Shown one piece after another: positions 10,111-21,295 of a stretch of 64,000 nucleotides of DNA. The notes below the pieces were generated by a model that had not been told where the DNA came from, did no database searches, and worked only from the letters and a program-made list of their open reading frames with translations. How positions within the stretch are numbered: position 1 is the first letter of the stretch; each line of letters opens with the position of its first letter. This stretch comes from a bacterium (lineage in GTDB: Bacteria; Zhuqueibacterota; Zhuqueibacteria; Residuimicrobiales; Krinioviventaceae), in NCBI GenBank assembly GCA_963674595.2, contig CAXXFV010000009.1:1-64000 (forward strand). The letters are read 5' to 3'. Position numbers and translations under genes: made by a program.

Positions 10111-12926
10111 ATGCAGAGAGTTTTAAAAGTCCATTTGTTTGTAATCTCCTTAATCTGTTTTTTATGCATTTCTATTACAGGATATGCTGCAACGACCGGT
10201 AAAATTGCTGGTACTGTGAAGGATTGCAAAAACTGGCGAGGCGTTACCAGGTGTAAATGTTGTTTTGGAAGGAACACAGTTAGGAGCCGCCACTAATATA
10301 GACGGTTACTATATGATACTGAACGTTCCACCCTCAACATATAGTATTAAGTTTATGTCAATGGGTTACACGCCAAAAAGGATTGATGGGGTTCGCGTTT
10401 CTGTTGGTCTCACAGCTAAAATTAATATGACGTTGGATCAATCAGTGATTGAAATGGGTGAAGTTGTTGTCGCCGCTTCCAGGCCTGTTATCGAAGTGGA
10501 CAGAACAAATACAGCCGCTTACATGTCTACTGATGAAATTTCTGAACTACCGGTTACTGAAGTTGATCAAATCATTCAATTGCAGGCAGGTGTAACACAG
10601 GATGCAAATGGTGAATTACACTTTCGTGGTGGTCGTTCCGGTGAAGTCGCTTATTTAGTTGACGGTGTGCCGGTTACAAACCGATTTGACGGAGGTAGTT
10701 CTATCGAAATCGAAAATGAAGTCATTCAGGAACTTCAGGTTATTAGTGGAACTTTTAATGCAGAATACGGCCAGGCCCAATCTGGTATTATTAATGTTAT
10801 TTCAAAAAAACGCCGGGTCAAAAATACTCTGGAAGAATCAGTATGTATGCCGGTGGTCACCTCAGTAACAATACTGATACTTTTTTGGGGATTGATGATC
10901 CCACAAACAATCCCGAGTACGATATTCAGGCAAACATTAGCGGTCCGGTTCCATTCTTTAAAAAGATTCCTATTATGGCTTTCTCCGTTATAATAAAAAT
11001 GACGGTTGGTTGAATGGTGAAAGAAGATATAACACCAGTGATGCCTGGAAAGTTATAGCATTTGGCCAGTGGTATAACCTCAACTATCCTGAAAGAGAAT
11101 TTGGACAGGAATTACCCTACAATACCTTTAAGGATAGCTTGAACCTTTTTACCGGTGATGGTGCTGTTGTGCCTATGAATCCATCAGATAAACTGGCCGG
11201 GAACCTAAAATTTTATTTTCAACCAACAGCAAGTATTCAGGCTTTTTATAATTTTTTCCTGGGACAATACTGAAGCGGCTGTTTATAATAACCGGTACAG
11301 ATATACTCCTGACGGTGTACTAACCACCCATAAAAATGCCTTTAATCATACCTTGAATATAACACACACACTAAGCGCAAATGCATTTTACCAGTTAAAT
11401 TTATCCTACTTTGGCGAAGATCGTGAAACCTACGTGTTTGAAGATCCTGCCTAATCTGGGTTATGAAACAATGATAGAGGATTTGTTTGATTATAATTGT
11501 TGGCGGAACAATTAATACTCATGAAGAACGGTCAAATTTAAAAATTTTCTAGGAAAGTGGGACATGACCTGGCAAATGGATAGAATTAACCTGGTAAAAA
11601 TTCGGTGCTGAAGTTAAAAAATTTGATTTAACTTATAAAGACATTACAACATCCGCTGTTGCAAACAGTTACAAGTTACCAACCACCCCGTTGGACTTCA
11701 TTTGAAGACTATTATGCAAGTTCAATAAGACCAACTTTTGTATGTCCCCGGAACTAATACACTGTTAAACAATCAATATACACATAATCCTCTCGAGTTT
11801 GCTGTTTATGCTCAGGATAAATTGGAACTGGGAGAGCTTATGGCCAATGTTGGTGCAAGATTCGATTATTTTGACCCGGATGGGATCGTCCCGGTAAATC
11901 CAAGAGCAAACTATAATGCTGTAACAGGCGAATTAGAAACAGACTTTGTAAAAGCTGACAAAAAATATCAGGGTCAGTCCACGTTTCGGTCTTGCTTTCT
12001 CCCATTTCAGACCAGGGTGTAATTCACGTATCCTATGGTCATTTTCTGCAGATACCACAATTCCAGTATCTTTATTATAATTCGGAATTTGAAATTTCCT
12101 CCGGACAAAAAGAAACCAGAATGGGAAATGCTGATCTCGAACAGCGGAACGAACAGTTGCCTATGAAATTGGTTTACAGCAGCAATTAACACCTGATTTT
12201 GGTATGGAATTAACATTATACTCAAAAGATATTCGAAACTTGTTAGGACAGGAAATCCTGGATACTGTTGATGAACGAGTTTACTTTCGATATACAAATC
12301 GTGATTATGGTAACGTAAAAGGAATCATGTTGTCTGTTGAAAAACGACCAACCGGATTTTTATCAGGACGCCTGGATTATACCTATCAAGTTGCCAGAGG
12401 TAATGCTTCTGGATCCGAATTCTGTGTTCTTAAACAATCAGAGTACAGAACCGGCAGAAACTGAAAAACAGGGTTATTCCTCTGAATTGGGATGAAACCC
12501 ATACAATTAACGGTTCTATTCGTTTTGGAAAACCAAGCGACTGGACAGTTAGTTTTAATCGGACGTCTTGGAACAGGTCTACCATACACGGCAGTAACTC
12601 CGCAAGAACAGCAAATTGAAACACAGTTTGAAAATAATGAAAGAAAACCAATGCGAACCAATGTAGATATTTTTACTCAAAAATATCTAAATATCGGGGA
12701 AATTGGATTTTTGTATTATTTTGTCGAGTTTTTAATATTTTTGATCACGGCAAATCATATTGATGTATACCCAAGCACAGGACGAGCGGATCGAACATAC
12801 AGAACCCCTGATGAAGTTATCATCGATTCTGCTAATGGTGTTTATTCTTTAAATGAAATAGACAACCGACCTCACTGGTATTCTGAGCCTCGTCGTGTTC
12901 AAATTGGTTTTGCTTTTGAATTCTAG
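10111..12926 (+). pseudogene. TonB-dependent receptor with N-terminal carboxypeptidase-regulatory-like domain, split by many frameshifts
   Basis: Signal peptide + TTGKIAGTV; GAATNIDGYYMILNVPP; plug HFRGGRSGEVAYLVDGV...GTFNAEYGQAQSG; YAQDK, GARFDYFDP, SYGHF; ends PRRVQIGFAFEF; GAGGAG SD. Confidence 0.88.
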
Positions 12927-12994
12927 ATATTTTAGCCTGTTGTTTATGAACAAAAATGAATAACTATTTTATTGCACTTTGTTAACTGGAGGAT

Positions 12995-15900
12995 ATGAAC
13001 ATTATGGTACGATGGTTCAATTATACGTCAAGTGTATTTTGGGTACTATTCCTGTTTTTGGTTTTACAGTTGCCAAAAGGAATTGTAGCTGAAGAAAATA
13101 TCATGATTGATGATAAATCTATCGTTTATCCTGATCCAACTGAATTATACAAATCAAGTATAAGCTTATACATCCTATCGCCGAAACTGGTCTTCATGAT
13201 GGGAATTTAATTAAAACAGCTTATTCAAATTTTGGAAATATTGGTTCACGTCCTTTGGATATTCGGTTGGAATGGCCAAAGGGTAGTGGAACAAATTACG
13301 GCTACGAATTCATATTTTATGTTGCCGCTGAAGTTATTGACGAGTTTATGGCGACACCATCCATGTAATATCTGAAAACTATACAGGCGGTCCGCGAGAT
13401 ATTGCTCCCGATGCCAGTCATACATACGGTTGGGAAACCTCTCCCCGGCTATTTTAATGATGGTAGTTATATAGGGCGGTATTTCTGAGGACTTGAATAA
13501 TAATGGTGAGCTTGATTTAGGCGAAGATGTTGATGGCAATGGTAAACTAACTTTAGATTTATATAATGAGCTTGAATATCCGGCAATGAGTCATCTTTTG
13601 CAAACATGGCCTACGGATTGGCCGGAAGGAAGTTATCCCGGAACGATAGGCAGTCGTAAAAGTTTGTGGAATGGTGAATATGGTACTTATGTTCGGGCCG
13701 ACCAGGAAAGTTATTATGTAATGGATGACAGGAGTAATGACGAATTTTTTATATTATCCCTTTATCAGTAATCCTGAGGATACGTTATCCTGGCCAGATG
13801 GTCGAAGAGGTTTGGGCTGCTGAAGTTGAAACCCGAAACTATATGTGGGCCGACGTCATGGCAGAGGACATCATGATCTCCATTTATCAGGTGAAAAATA
13901 TTAGTGAAAAAGACCTGCCGACGTGTATCGTGGGTATGTATGTTGATGCAGGACGTAGGTACTTCCGGTTCATAGCGGAGAGTGCAACAGACGATGATTC
14001 ATATTTTGATACGTTGGACGACATTACCTATCAATGGGACCTTGATGGCCTTTCAGCTAGAGGAAAGTTAACAGGGTACTTTGGATTTGCCTTTTTGCAG
14101 AGTCCGGGTCTTGCTAGCGATGGAATTGATAATTGATGAAGATGGACTTACGGATGAAAGCCAGGAAAACTGGATTGATGATGATCACGACTGGCGATCC
14201 TTTGACGATGAAAATGGAAACGGCGTTTGGGATTGGGAAGATCTTAACAATAATGGCAAGCTTGACGAAGGCGAAGATTTAAATGGTGATGGAGTACTGG
14301 ATATTGAAGACCTTCGTGATGATGTAGGTGTTGATGGTCTTGGACCGTTGGACCAGGATTGGCCGGGGCTCGGTGTTGATCCACTGGAAGGAAACGGACA
14401 GGCCGAGACGTACCAGAACCGAATTTCGAATATACGGATAATACTGAAATTGATCAGATTGGTTTAACCAGTTTTTTTGGAACAAGAGCTTCTGTTGTAC
14501 TTTCAGATGATGAAAGTTCATGGTACACAAAAATATTCCCTGGCGTTTTTACACCTCCTACAGGTGGAATTGATGTTGTCTTTTCATTATGGTTGTGGTT
14601 TTTTTCATTTAAATCGTATGTCTACGGAACGATTTGCCATCGCCTGTATACTGGGTAATGATTTTGATGATCTGCTGCGTAACAAAAGAACCATGCAGGA
14701 AATTTACGATCATGATTATAACTTTAAAAAGCCACCTCTTGAACCAACTATCGTTTCTGCTATTCCCGGCGACCAGCGTGTTACATTAATTTGGGATGAC
14801 ACGCGCTGAAAAATCCCGTGATGATCCTGTATATCAACAAGATTTTGGATTATATAAAGTTTATCGTTCCACTGATCCTGCATTTAGTGATATTAAAACA
14901 ATTACTGATGCTTTTGGAAACGCCTTATTATGGGAACCAATCGTACAATTTGATTACGCAGATGGATTAACAGGTGCACATCCGATTGCTATTGGTGAAA
15001 CCGGTGCTCATTACGATATGGGTTCGGATACCGGACTTCGGCACAGTTATATCGATACTACGTGTAGAAAACGGAAGAACTTATTTTTATGCCGTTGCCT
15101 CTGTGGATAAAGGGTATGATACAAATTTTTATGAAGATGGAATAAGTCCATATCCCGACCTGTTGCCTACCTGGCCAAGTGTATGTAATAAAAATATTCA
15201 GACTGATGTTGCTGGAAATGTTGTCGCACTTCGGACGTAATTGTGCAGTAGTTGTTCCAAAGGCCCCTGCTGCCGGTCATGATTATCCATCAATTGACTG
15301 GTGGTGTTGAGATGCGATTCTGCCGGGTATTGGAAGCGGTACTGTTAAAGTTTCCGTTTTAGTACCGGATAATATTAAAGATGACCATGATTATAAAATT
15401 ACTTTTACGGATACAACAGAAGAAAGAAGAACTAATTCATATACTGTTACTGATGTAACAGATGCAGGTAATCCTCAGGTTCTTTATGCCGGTCCTCCGG
15501 ATTTTAACCCGGCAGCAATGGATAGAATAATTCTAGATGGATTTATTGTTGATATTACTAACGACAGCATTGCAGAACCGGCTGAATGGGGATGGAAACG
15601 TGGAAAAAGCACATTGGTTGGTTACGTCGATCCTGATCCCGGAAAACACTTTCTGGCATTGCCTAATGATTTTGAGATTAGAATTATAGGGGCAAACGCT
15701 GATACGTCTTTTTCTCCCGTACCTTCATGGAGAGTACCTGTTGATTTTCAGGTGTGGAATACAACAACAAACGAAAAAGCTCAATTTATTTTGACAGAGT
15801 TTGGTGTGAAAGATAGTTCTCTTACTCATAAAGATTTTATAACCATTATTACTAATGTAAAAGGTCCTTTATACTCACCAACCTGGAAAGTAACTTTTAA

Positions 15901-16358
15901 ATTCCCTGCACTGGCAGGTGAGGTGCTGCCGGAACCTGGCGATGTTTTTTATTTTACAACCTATAAACCATTCACATCTGACGATGTTTTTGAGTTTTCC
16001 ACGTCAGGATGGGGATATACTGTTGACAAAGCTAAAAATGATTTGGAAGATGTATGTGTTGTTCCGGATCCCTATGTGTCGGTTAATTCTGTGGAAAAGC
16101 CGTCTTATAACATAAGAGGTCGTGGAGAACGTCGCGTTGACTTTATTCATTTACCAATGGTGTGTACCATTAAAATTTATACAATTAATGGAAAACTTGT
16201 AGATACTATCGAACATAACTCACCACACGATGATGGTGCAGAGCCCTGGCTCCTAACAACAAAAGACGGACTTGATGTGGCGTGGGGGGACTTATTTCTT
16301 TCATGTCGAAGCACCAGGTGTTGGTCAAAAAGTTGGCAAGTTTGCCATAATCAGGTAA
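12995..16358 (+). pseudogene. Large (~1100 aa) secreted TBDR-partner protein with DxDxNG Ca-binding repeats, FN3-like region and atypical T9SS-like C-terminus; frameshifted
   Basis: Fragments 12995-16369 include EWPKGSG, ADQESYYVMDD, DLNNNGKLDEGEDLNGDG, GDQRVTLIWD, YKVYRST, ENGRTYFYAV, VPDPY..IHLP.VCTIKIYT; frame-corrected end VAWGLYFFHVEAPGVGQKVGKFAIIR* (TAA 16356-16358). Confidence 0.75.
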
Positions 16359-16396
16359 ACGTGAATTGACGAAACCTTGAGTGTTTTAATTCTTAA

Positions 16397-18211
16397 ATGG
16401 AGGTTAATATGCGTTATTTAGTCTTGATCATAACGATTTTAGTAACAAGTTTTGGTGCTTTTGCACAGGAACCACCAGTATTTGAATTAGCTGATAATGC
16501 CTCTCTTACCATTCCACTAGTATTGATGGACAGGTGGGGATGTTCTTCTTCTGATATCGATCGAAACGGATGGCCGGATATTTATAATAACAAGTGGCGC
16601 GGTAATCTCAAAAGCCAAATCTATATGAATTATGACGGCAAATTTACAGATATTTATGACAATTCGCCGGATCTACTATCTGTAGATTTTGATGGCAACG
16701 CCACCCGTACACCTGTATTGATTGATTATGACAATGATGGTGATCGTGATTTAATGATAGGAACAGACTACAAGTTATATATGTTTAGAAATGACAATAA
16801 TGTTTTTGTAGATGTTACTGACGATTTAGGTATTGTAAGCAGTATACCGGGATTTGTCTCTGATTATAGTTATGAAATGAGCGCCTGGATTGATTGGGAC
16901 AATGATGGGGACCTCGATGCTCTTGTCGCTCAAACAAATAATCCGGATTTTATTTTTTACCGTAACGATGGTAACCAATTTGTAGATATTGCCGATGAAG
17001 TTGGATTGACTGGTAAAAACGATGTGGGAATCGATGGTGATCGAGGTTATTATACGAGTCGTATTCAATGGATTGATTGGGACAATGACGGTGATCCTGA
17101 TTTAAATGCAGGTTACAAATTATTTCGTAATGACGATGGTTTTTTAAACGAGGTTTCTGAAGAGGTTGGTTTTTTACCTTATTATAAAAACAGGTTTTGT
17201 GACTGGTTTGATTATGATTTGGATGGAGATTTTGATTATTTCCTTCAAGGATATGATAATCGTGATGAATTATGGGAAAATCAAAACGGTACCTTTGTCG
17301 ACGTAACAAATATAACAGGTTTGGAACTGTTTACCGATAATGGGCAGGCTTCTTTAAATATAGGCGATTTTGATAATGATGGTGATGAAGATATCTTCTT
17401 TTCTATTAACGACCACGATGATATTGAAGCCTTTTTATTAAACTGGGGTGACGCTACAGGACGTTTTCTTATTGAAGTTGCTGCCTATGCCGGATTTAAC
17501 CTGGTTGGAGATCGAAAAGGTGCTTCTATTCTCGATTATGATTTGGACGGACTATTGGATATATTTTGCCCTTCTTTGGAATACAGCGCTCTTATCTATC
17601 ATAACACGGGTTTGACTAGCATAACCAACAACTGGATCGCATTTGACTTGTGGGGTACAAATTCTAATAGAGACGCTCTCGGTGCCCTGGTTACGTTGTA
17701 TGCCGGAGATATGAAACTCGTTCGTTACAACAGGGCCGCAAGATCATGGAAAATCCAGGATAATACTTATATCCATTTTGGAATTGCACAGGAAACAACG
17801 GTAGACTCTGTCGTTATTCGTTGGCCGTTGGGCAACACTCAGGTTATTACTAACCCTGCTATTAACACCTATCATAAGGTCGAAGAATCAGGTTCTGCAG
17901 TAGATAATTCTCAAACAACTGATGGTCTACCGACAAGTTTTGCTCTTCAGCAAAATTATCCAAATCCATTCAATCCAACAACTCGTATAGATTATTCAAT
18001 CCCTGTATCAGGTCAGGTAAATTTGACGGTATTTGATATTAACGGACGTCAGGTTTTATCACTTGTTGATGGCTATCAAACAGCAGGAACTTTTTCCACA
18101 TTGTGGAACGGTTGTGATCGAAATGGGAACCTTGTTCCAAGCGGTGTTTATGTTTACCGTATTACTACCGATAATTTTACTCAATCACGAAAGATGTTGT
18201 TTGTAAAATAA
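16397..18211 (+). CDS. FG-GAP repeat / ASPIC-UnbV (CRTAC1-like) protein with T9SS type-A-like CTD, paralog 1
   Basis: Signal peptide (start probably ATG 16409); multiple DxDxDGDxD; SNRDALGA...HFGI...IRWP; QNYPNPFNP...KMLFVK. Confidence 0.9.
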   Translation: MEVNMRYLVLIITILVTSFGAFAQEPPVFELADNASLTIPLVLMDRWGCSSSDIDRNGWPDIYNNKWRGNLKSQIYMNYDGKFTDIYDNSPDLLSVDFDGNATRTPVLIDYDNDGDRDLMIGTDYKLYMFRNDNNVFVDVTDDLGIVSSIPGFVSDYSYEMSAWIDWDNDGDLDALVAQTNNPDFIFYRNDGNQFVDIADEVGLTGKNDVGIDGDRGYYTSRIQWIDWDNDGDPDLNAGYKLFRNDDGFLNEVSEEVGFLPYYKNRFCDWFDYDLDGDFDYFLQGYDNRDELWENQNGTFVDVTNITGLELFTDNGQASLNIGDFDNDGDEDIFFSINDHDDIEAFLLNWGDATGRFLIEVAAYAGFNLVGDRKGASILDYDLDGLLDIFCPSLEYSALIYHNTGLTSITNNWIAFDLWGTNSNRDALGALVTLYAGDMKLVRYNRAARSWKIQDNTYIHFGIAQETTVDSVVIRWPLGNTQVITNPAINTYHKVEESGSAVDNSQTTDGLPTSFALQQNYPNPFNPTTRIDYSIPVSGQVNLTVFDINGRQVLSLVDGYQTAGTFSTLWNGCDRNGNLVPSGVYVYRITTDNFTQSRKMLFVK

Positions 18212-18237
18212 TAATTTTAAAACTAACACTTGAAAAT

Positions 18238-18312
18238 TGGCGGATATTGATTGTGATTTCAGGCATAACTTTCTCCTTCATATATAAAGTTTACATAATC
18301 AATATCCTGCCA
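18238..18312. promoter_or_regulatory. Extended intergenic hairpin
   Basis: TGGCGGATATTGATTGTG pairs with CATAATCAATATCCTGCCA (one bulge, one G-U); inner AACTTT/AAAGTT. Confidence 0.55.
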
Positions 18313-18341
18313 CCTATTTTTAAAAAAAATGTTGTACATAA

Positions 18342-20162
18342 ATGTTTTTGGAGGACCTAATGTCAAGATTTATAAATACAATCATACTATTGATGGTCAT
18401 ACTCTCCTGTCCTTCATTGTTTTCTCAGGGGATATCAGTATTTGAACATATTGAAGATAATGCCAGTGTCGGACTAACTGCAGATCCTTTTGAAAGATGG
18501 GGTATGGCAGTTTCCGATATAGATCGTAATGGTTATCCGGATATTTTTGTTAACCGTTGGAGTTCTCCGGGCTTTAGTCGTATTTATATAAATGAAGGTG
18601 GTACTTTTCAGGATATTACCAGTCAATCACCTATCGAACAAATTGAAATCGATACTGAAGAAACCGCAACACGTACAACAGTTTGGGTTGATTACGATAA
18701 TGATGGTGACCGTGATTTAGCCATGTCAACTAACAAACAAATCCATTTGCTGAGAAATGATAATAATGTTTTTACAGATGTATCTGAGGAAACAGGATTT
18801 GTTGGAATTATTCCTCCCGGATTTATAACCGAATGGGATTTAACCATTGGTGGCTGGGCTGATTACGATTTGGATGGAGATTTGGACTGTGTCATTAGCC
18901 AGGTTAATAACGATAATCTTTATTTATTTCGCAATGATGATGGCCATTTTACCAACGTAGCAACAGAAGCCGGTTTGGATAATGCCCCCTCAGTAGATGA
19001 GTCCCGTCACAATTGGATGGATATAGACCTGGATGGCGATCCGGATTTATTTAGCCAATATCATTTTTACCGTAATGACAATGGTGTTTTTACAGAAATA
19101 ACTGATGAATTGGGATTTTCTGAACTTGAAGATTGCAACTATAGAAGATTTTTTGATTATGATAATGATGGAGATTTAGACTTTTTCAAATCTGTAAGCT
19201 CTGCAACTGCCGCTTCAACCTCACAGGTTTTTGAGAACCAGGACGGCGTTTTTGTCGACGTTTCTGAAAGTTTGGGTTTAACGATTACAAGAGACAGGTA
19301 TCGTAATATGGCTATCGGAGATATCGATAATGATGGTGATCAGGATGTTTTTTTACATATTAATATCACGAATACCCCGGATGTTGTCCTGTTAAATGAT
19401 GAATATGAGCCTGGTGTCAGAGGTTTTATTGATGTTGCAGAATTTATTGGTGTAACTGTAATGGGTGACAGAAAGGGATGTGCATTTTTAGATTATGATA
19501 AAGATGGATTTTTAGATATCTATGTGCCATCTGCTGAATTCTACCACATATTATATCATAATACGGCAAGTAATGGAGCAAATTGGGTTAGCTTCATTTT
19601 AGAGGGAACTATCTCAAATCGAGATGCAGTAGGTAGTTTGGTTACTATTTATACCGGAGATAAAAAACAAATCTGGTATACAACCTGTGGTGATGGATTT
19701 GTTAACCAAAGTAATCCATACGTCCATTTTGGCCTGGGAACTGAAACAGCAGTAGATTCTGTTGTTATTCGCTGGCCTCTTGGTTATAAACAGGTTTTAA
19801 CGGATGTTGCTATAAATCAATATCATAATATTAAAGAACCGGATTATATGACAAAAGTTGATGATACGCCTACGGCCCCGACTTCATTTGCCCTGGCACA
19901 AAATTATCCAAATCCTTTTAACCCGGAAACAACAATAGAGTTTTATTTGCCCAAAGCAAACAAAGTATCCTTATATGTTTATAATTTACAAGGTGAAATT
20001 GTAAATACACTTATTTCAGATGAAAACAGATCTTTAGGACAGCAACAGGTTCGATGGAATGGGTTGGACTCAAATAATCAACCTGTAGCTGCTGGTGTAT
20101 ATTTTTATAAACTGTGTGCCGGTAACAATATCGCAGTTAAAAAGATGACCCTCGTAAAATAA
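18342..20162 (+). CDS. FG-GAP/ASPIC-UnbV protein with CTD, paralog 2
   Basis: Start probably ATG 18360 after GGAGG; DYDNDGD repeats; SNRDAVG...HFGLG; QNYPNPFNP. Confidence 0.9.
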   Translation: MFLEDLMSRFINTIILLMVILSCPSLFSQGISVFEHIEDNASVGLTADPFERWGMAVSDIDRNGYPDIFVNRWSSPGFSRIYINEGGTFQDITSQSPIEQIEIDTEETATRTTVWVDYDNDGDRDLAMSTNKQIHLLRNDNNVFTDVSEETGFVGIIPPGFITEWDLTIGGWADYDLDGDLDCVISQVNNDNLYLFRNDDGHFTNVATEAGLDNAPSVDESRHNWMDIDLDGDPDLFSQYHFYRNDNGVFTEITDELGFSELEDCNYRRFFDYDNDGDLDFFKSVSSATAASTSQVFENQDGVFVDVSESLGLTITRDRYRNMAIGDIDNDGDQDVFLHINITNTPDVVLLNDEYEPGVRGFIDVAEFIGVTVMGDRKGCAFLDYDKDGFLDIYVPSAEFYHILYHNTASNGANWVSFILEGTISNRDAVGSLVTIYTGDKKQIWYTTCGDGFVNQSNPYVHFGLGTETAVDSVVIRWPLGYKQVLTDVAINQYHNIKEPDYMTKVDDTPTAPTSFALAQNYPNPFNPETTIEFYLPKANKVSLYVYNLQGEIVNTLISDENRSLGQQQVRWNGLDSNNQPVAAGVYFYKLCAGNNIAVKKMTLVK

Positions 20163-20165
20163 GAA

Positions 20166-21254
20166 ATGAATTTATTGGAGTATTTTGTGAAATTAAATTT
20201 CAAAGTGAACTTTATATTAATTTTTTTACTAGTCTTTGTAAACGGAGCTATTTTAAATGCCCAGGATTTACCGTCTGTAAAGGTTATTTCCGTTGAGCGG
20301 ATTTTTCATAACGGAGAACATAATAGCTTTACAGATATGTGTAAATTCAATGACACATACTATGTCGCTTTTAGAAGTTGTCCTGAAGGACACATGATTT
20401 TTCCCAGTTCCTCAATTATTATTCTTTCAAGTAAGGACGGTAAAGATTGGAAACAGGTTCACAAATTTAATATCCTGATGCGAGATACACGTGACCCTCA
20501 TTTTCTTATTTTTAAGGATAAATTATTTGTCTATACCGGGACTTGGTACTGCAAGGAACGGTATTGCAACTCTAAAGAACGTTCCACAAACCAGCAGCTT
20601 GGATATTGTGTATGGACAACTGATGGGACGAATTGGAGTGAACCGGAAATGAATGAAGGGACTTATGGTCATTATACCTGGAGAGCTGCTGCTTTTAATG
20701 ACAAAGCTTATCTCTGTGCCCGTCGTATGCACGAATTCGCCCAAGTTCTTCCTGATGATGAAAGTAGATACTATATTGAATCTGCTATGCTGGAAAGTGA
20801 TGATGGTATTATATGGAAGAAAAAGGCTCTATTTCAAAAATTTCGTGGTGATGAAACGGCTTTCCTCTTTGAAGATGATGGCTCTTTATTAGCAATTGCC
20901 CGAAGAGATTCAAATGCCCAGGTATTACGCTCCAAGCCTCCATACCAGGAGTGGACACGGACCGATCTTGGTTGCTATTTAGGTGGTCCTCTGGTGGTTA
21001 AATGGAACGACTATTACCTCGTTGGCGGTCGCAAAAAAGAGAATGATGTGAAAAAAACAGCATTATTCTGGCTGAAAGATGACAAGTTAGTCGAGTGTGC
21101 AGAATTACCTAGCGAAGGAGATAATTCTTATCCTGGTTTCGTGCAAATATCAGAAACCAGGGCTCTTGTTTCCTATTATTCATCACATGAAAAAGATGAC
21201 GCCGGCGAGCCTATTACAGCAATTTATTTAGCAACAATAGAAATAACTAAATAA
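20166..21254 (+). CDS. Secreted sialidase-like beta-propeller protein of unknown function
   Basis: Signal peptide; HNSFTD...YVAFR, SKDGKDW and SDDGIIW Asp-box-like motifs, RDP, GDNSYPG...SYYSSHE; no CTD. Confidence 0.65.
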   Translation: MNLLEYFVKLNFKVNFILIFLLVFVNGAILNAQDLPSVKVISVERIFHNGEHNSFTDMCKFNDTYYVAFRSCPEGHMIFPSSSIIILSSKDGKDWKQVHKFNILMRDTRDPHFLIFKDKLFVYTGTWYCKERYCNSKERSTNQQLGYCVWTTDGTNWSEPEMNEGTYGHYTWRAAAFNDKAYLCARRMHEFAQVLPDDESRYYIESAMLESDDGIIWKKKALFQKFRGDETAFLFEDDGSLLAIARRDSNAQVLRSKPPYQEWTRTDLGCYLGGPLVVKWNDYYLVGGRKKENDVKKTALFWLKDDKLVECAELPSEGDNSYPGFVQISETRALVSYYSSHEKDDAGEPITAIYLATIEITK

Positions 21255-21295
21255 TTTAACATGAGAATAAAATAAAACAAACCCTAGGAGCTATT

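Noticed and set aside
10111-16369. Many small ORFs as separate genes or programmed frameshifting
   Set aside because: The fragments concatenate into two known protein architectures; indels are too numerous and irregular for recoding
18212-18341. Hairpin as an integron attC site
   Set aside because: Flanking AACTAAC/GTTGTAC do not fit complementary RYYYAAC/GTTRRRY; not repeated between the other genes; no integrase seen
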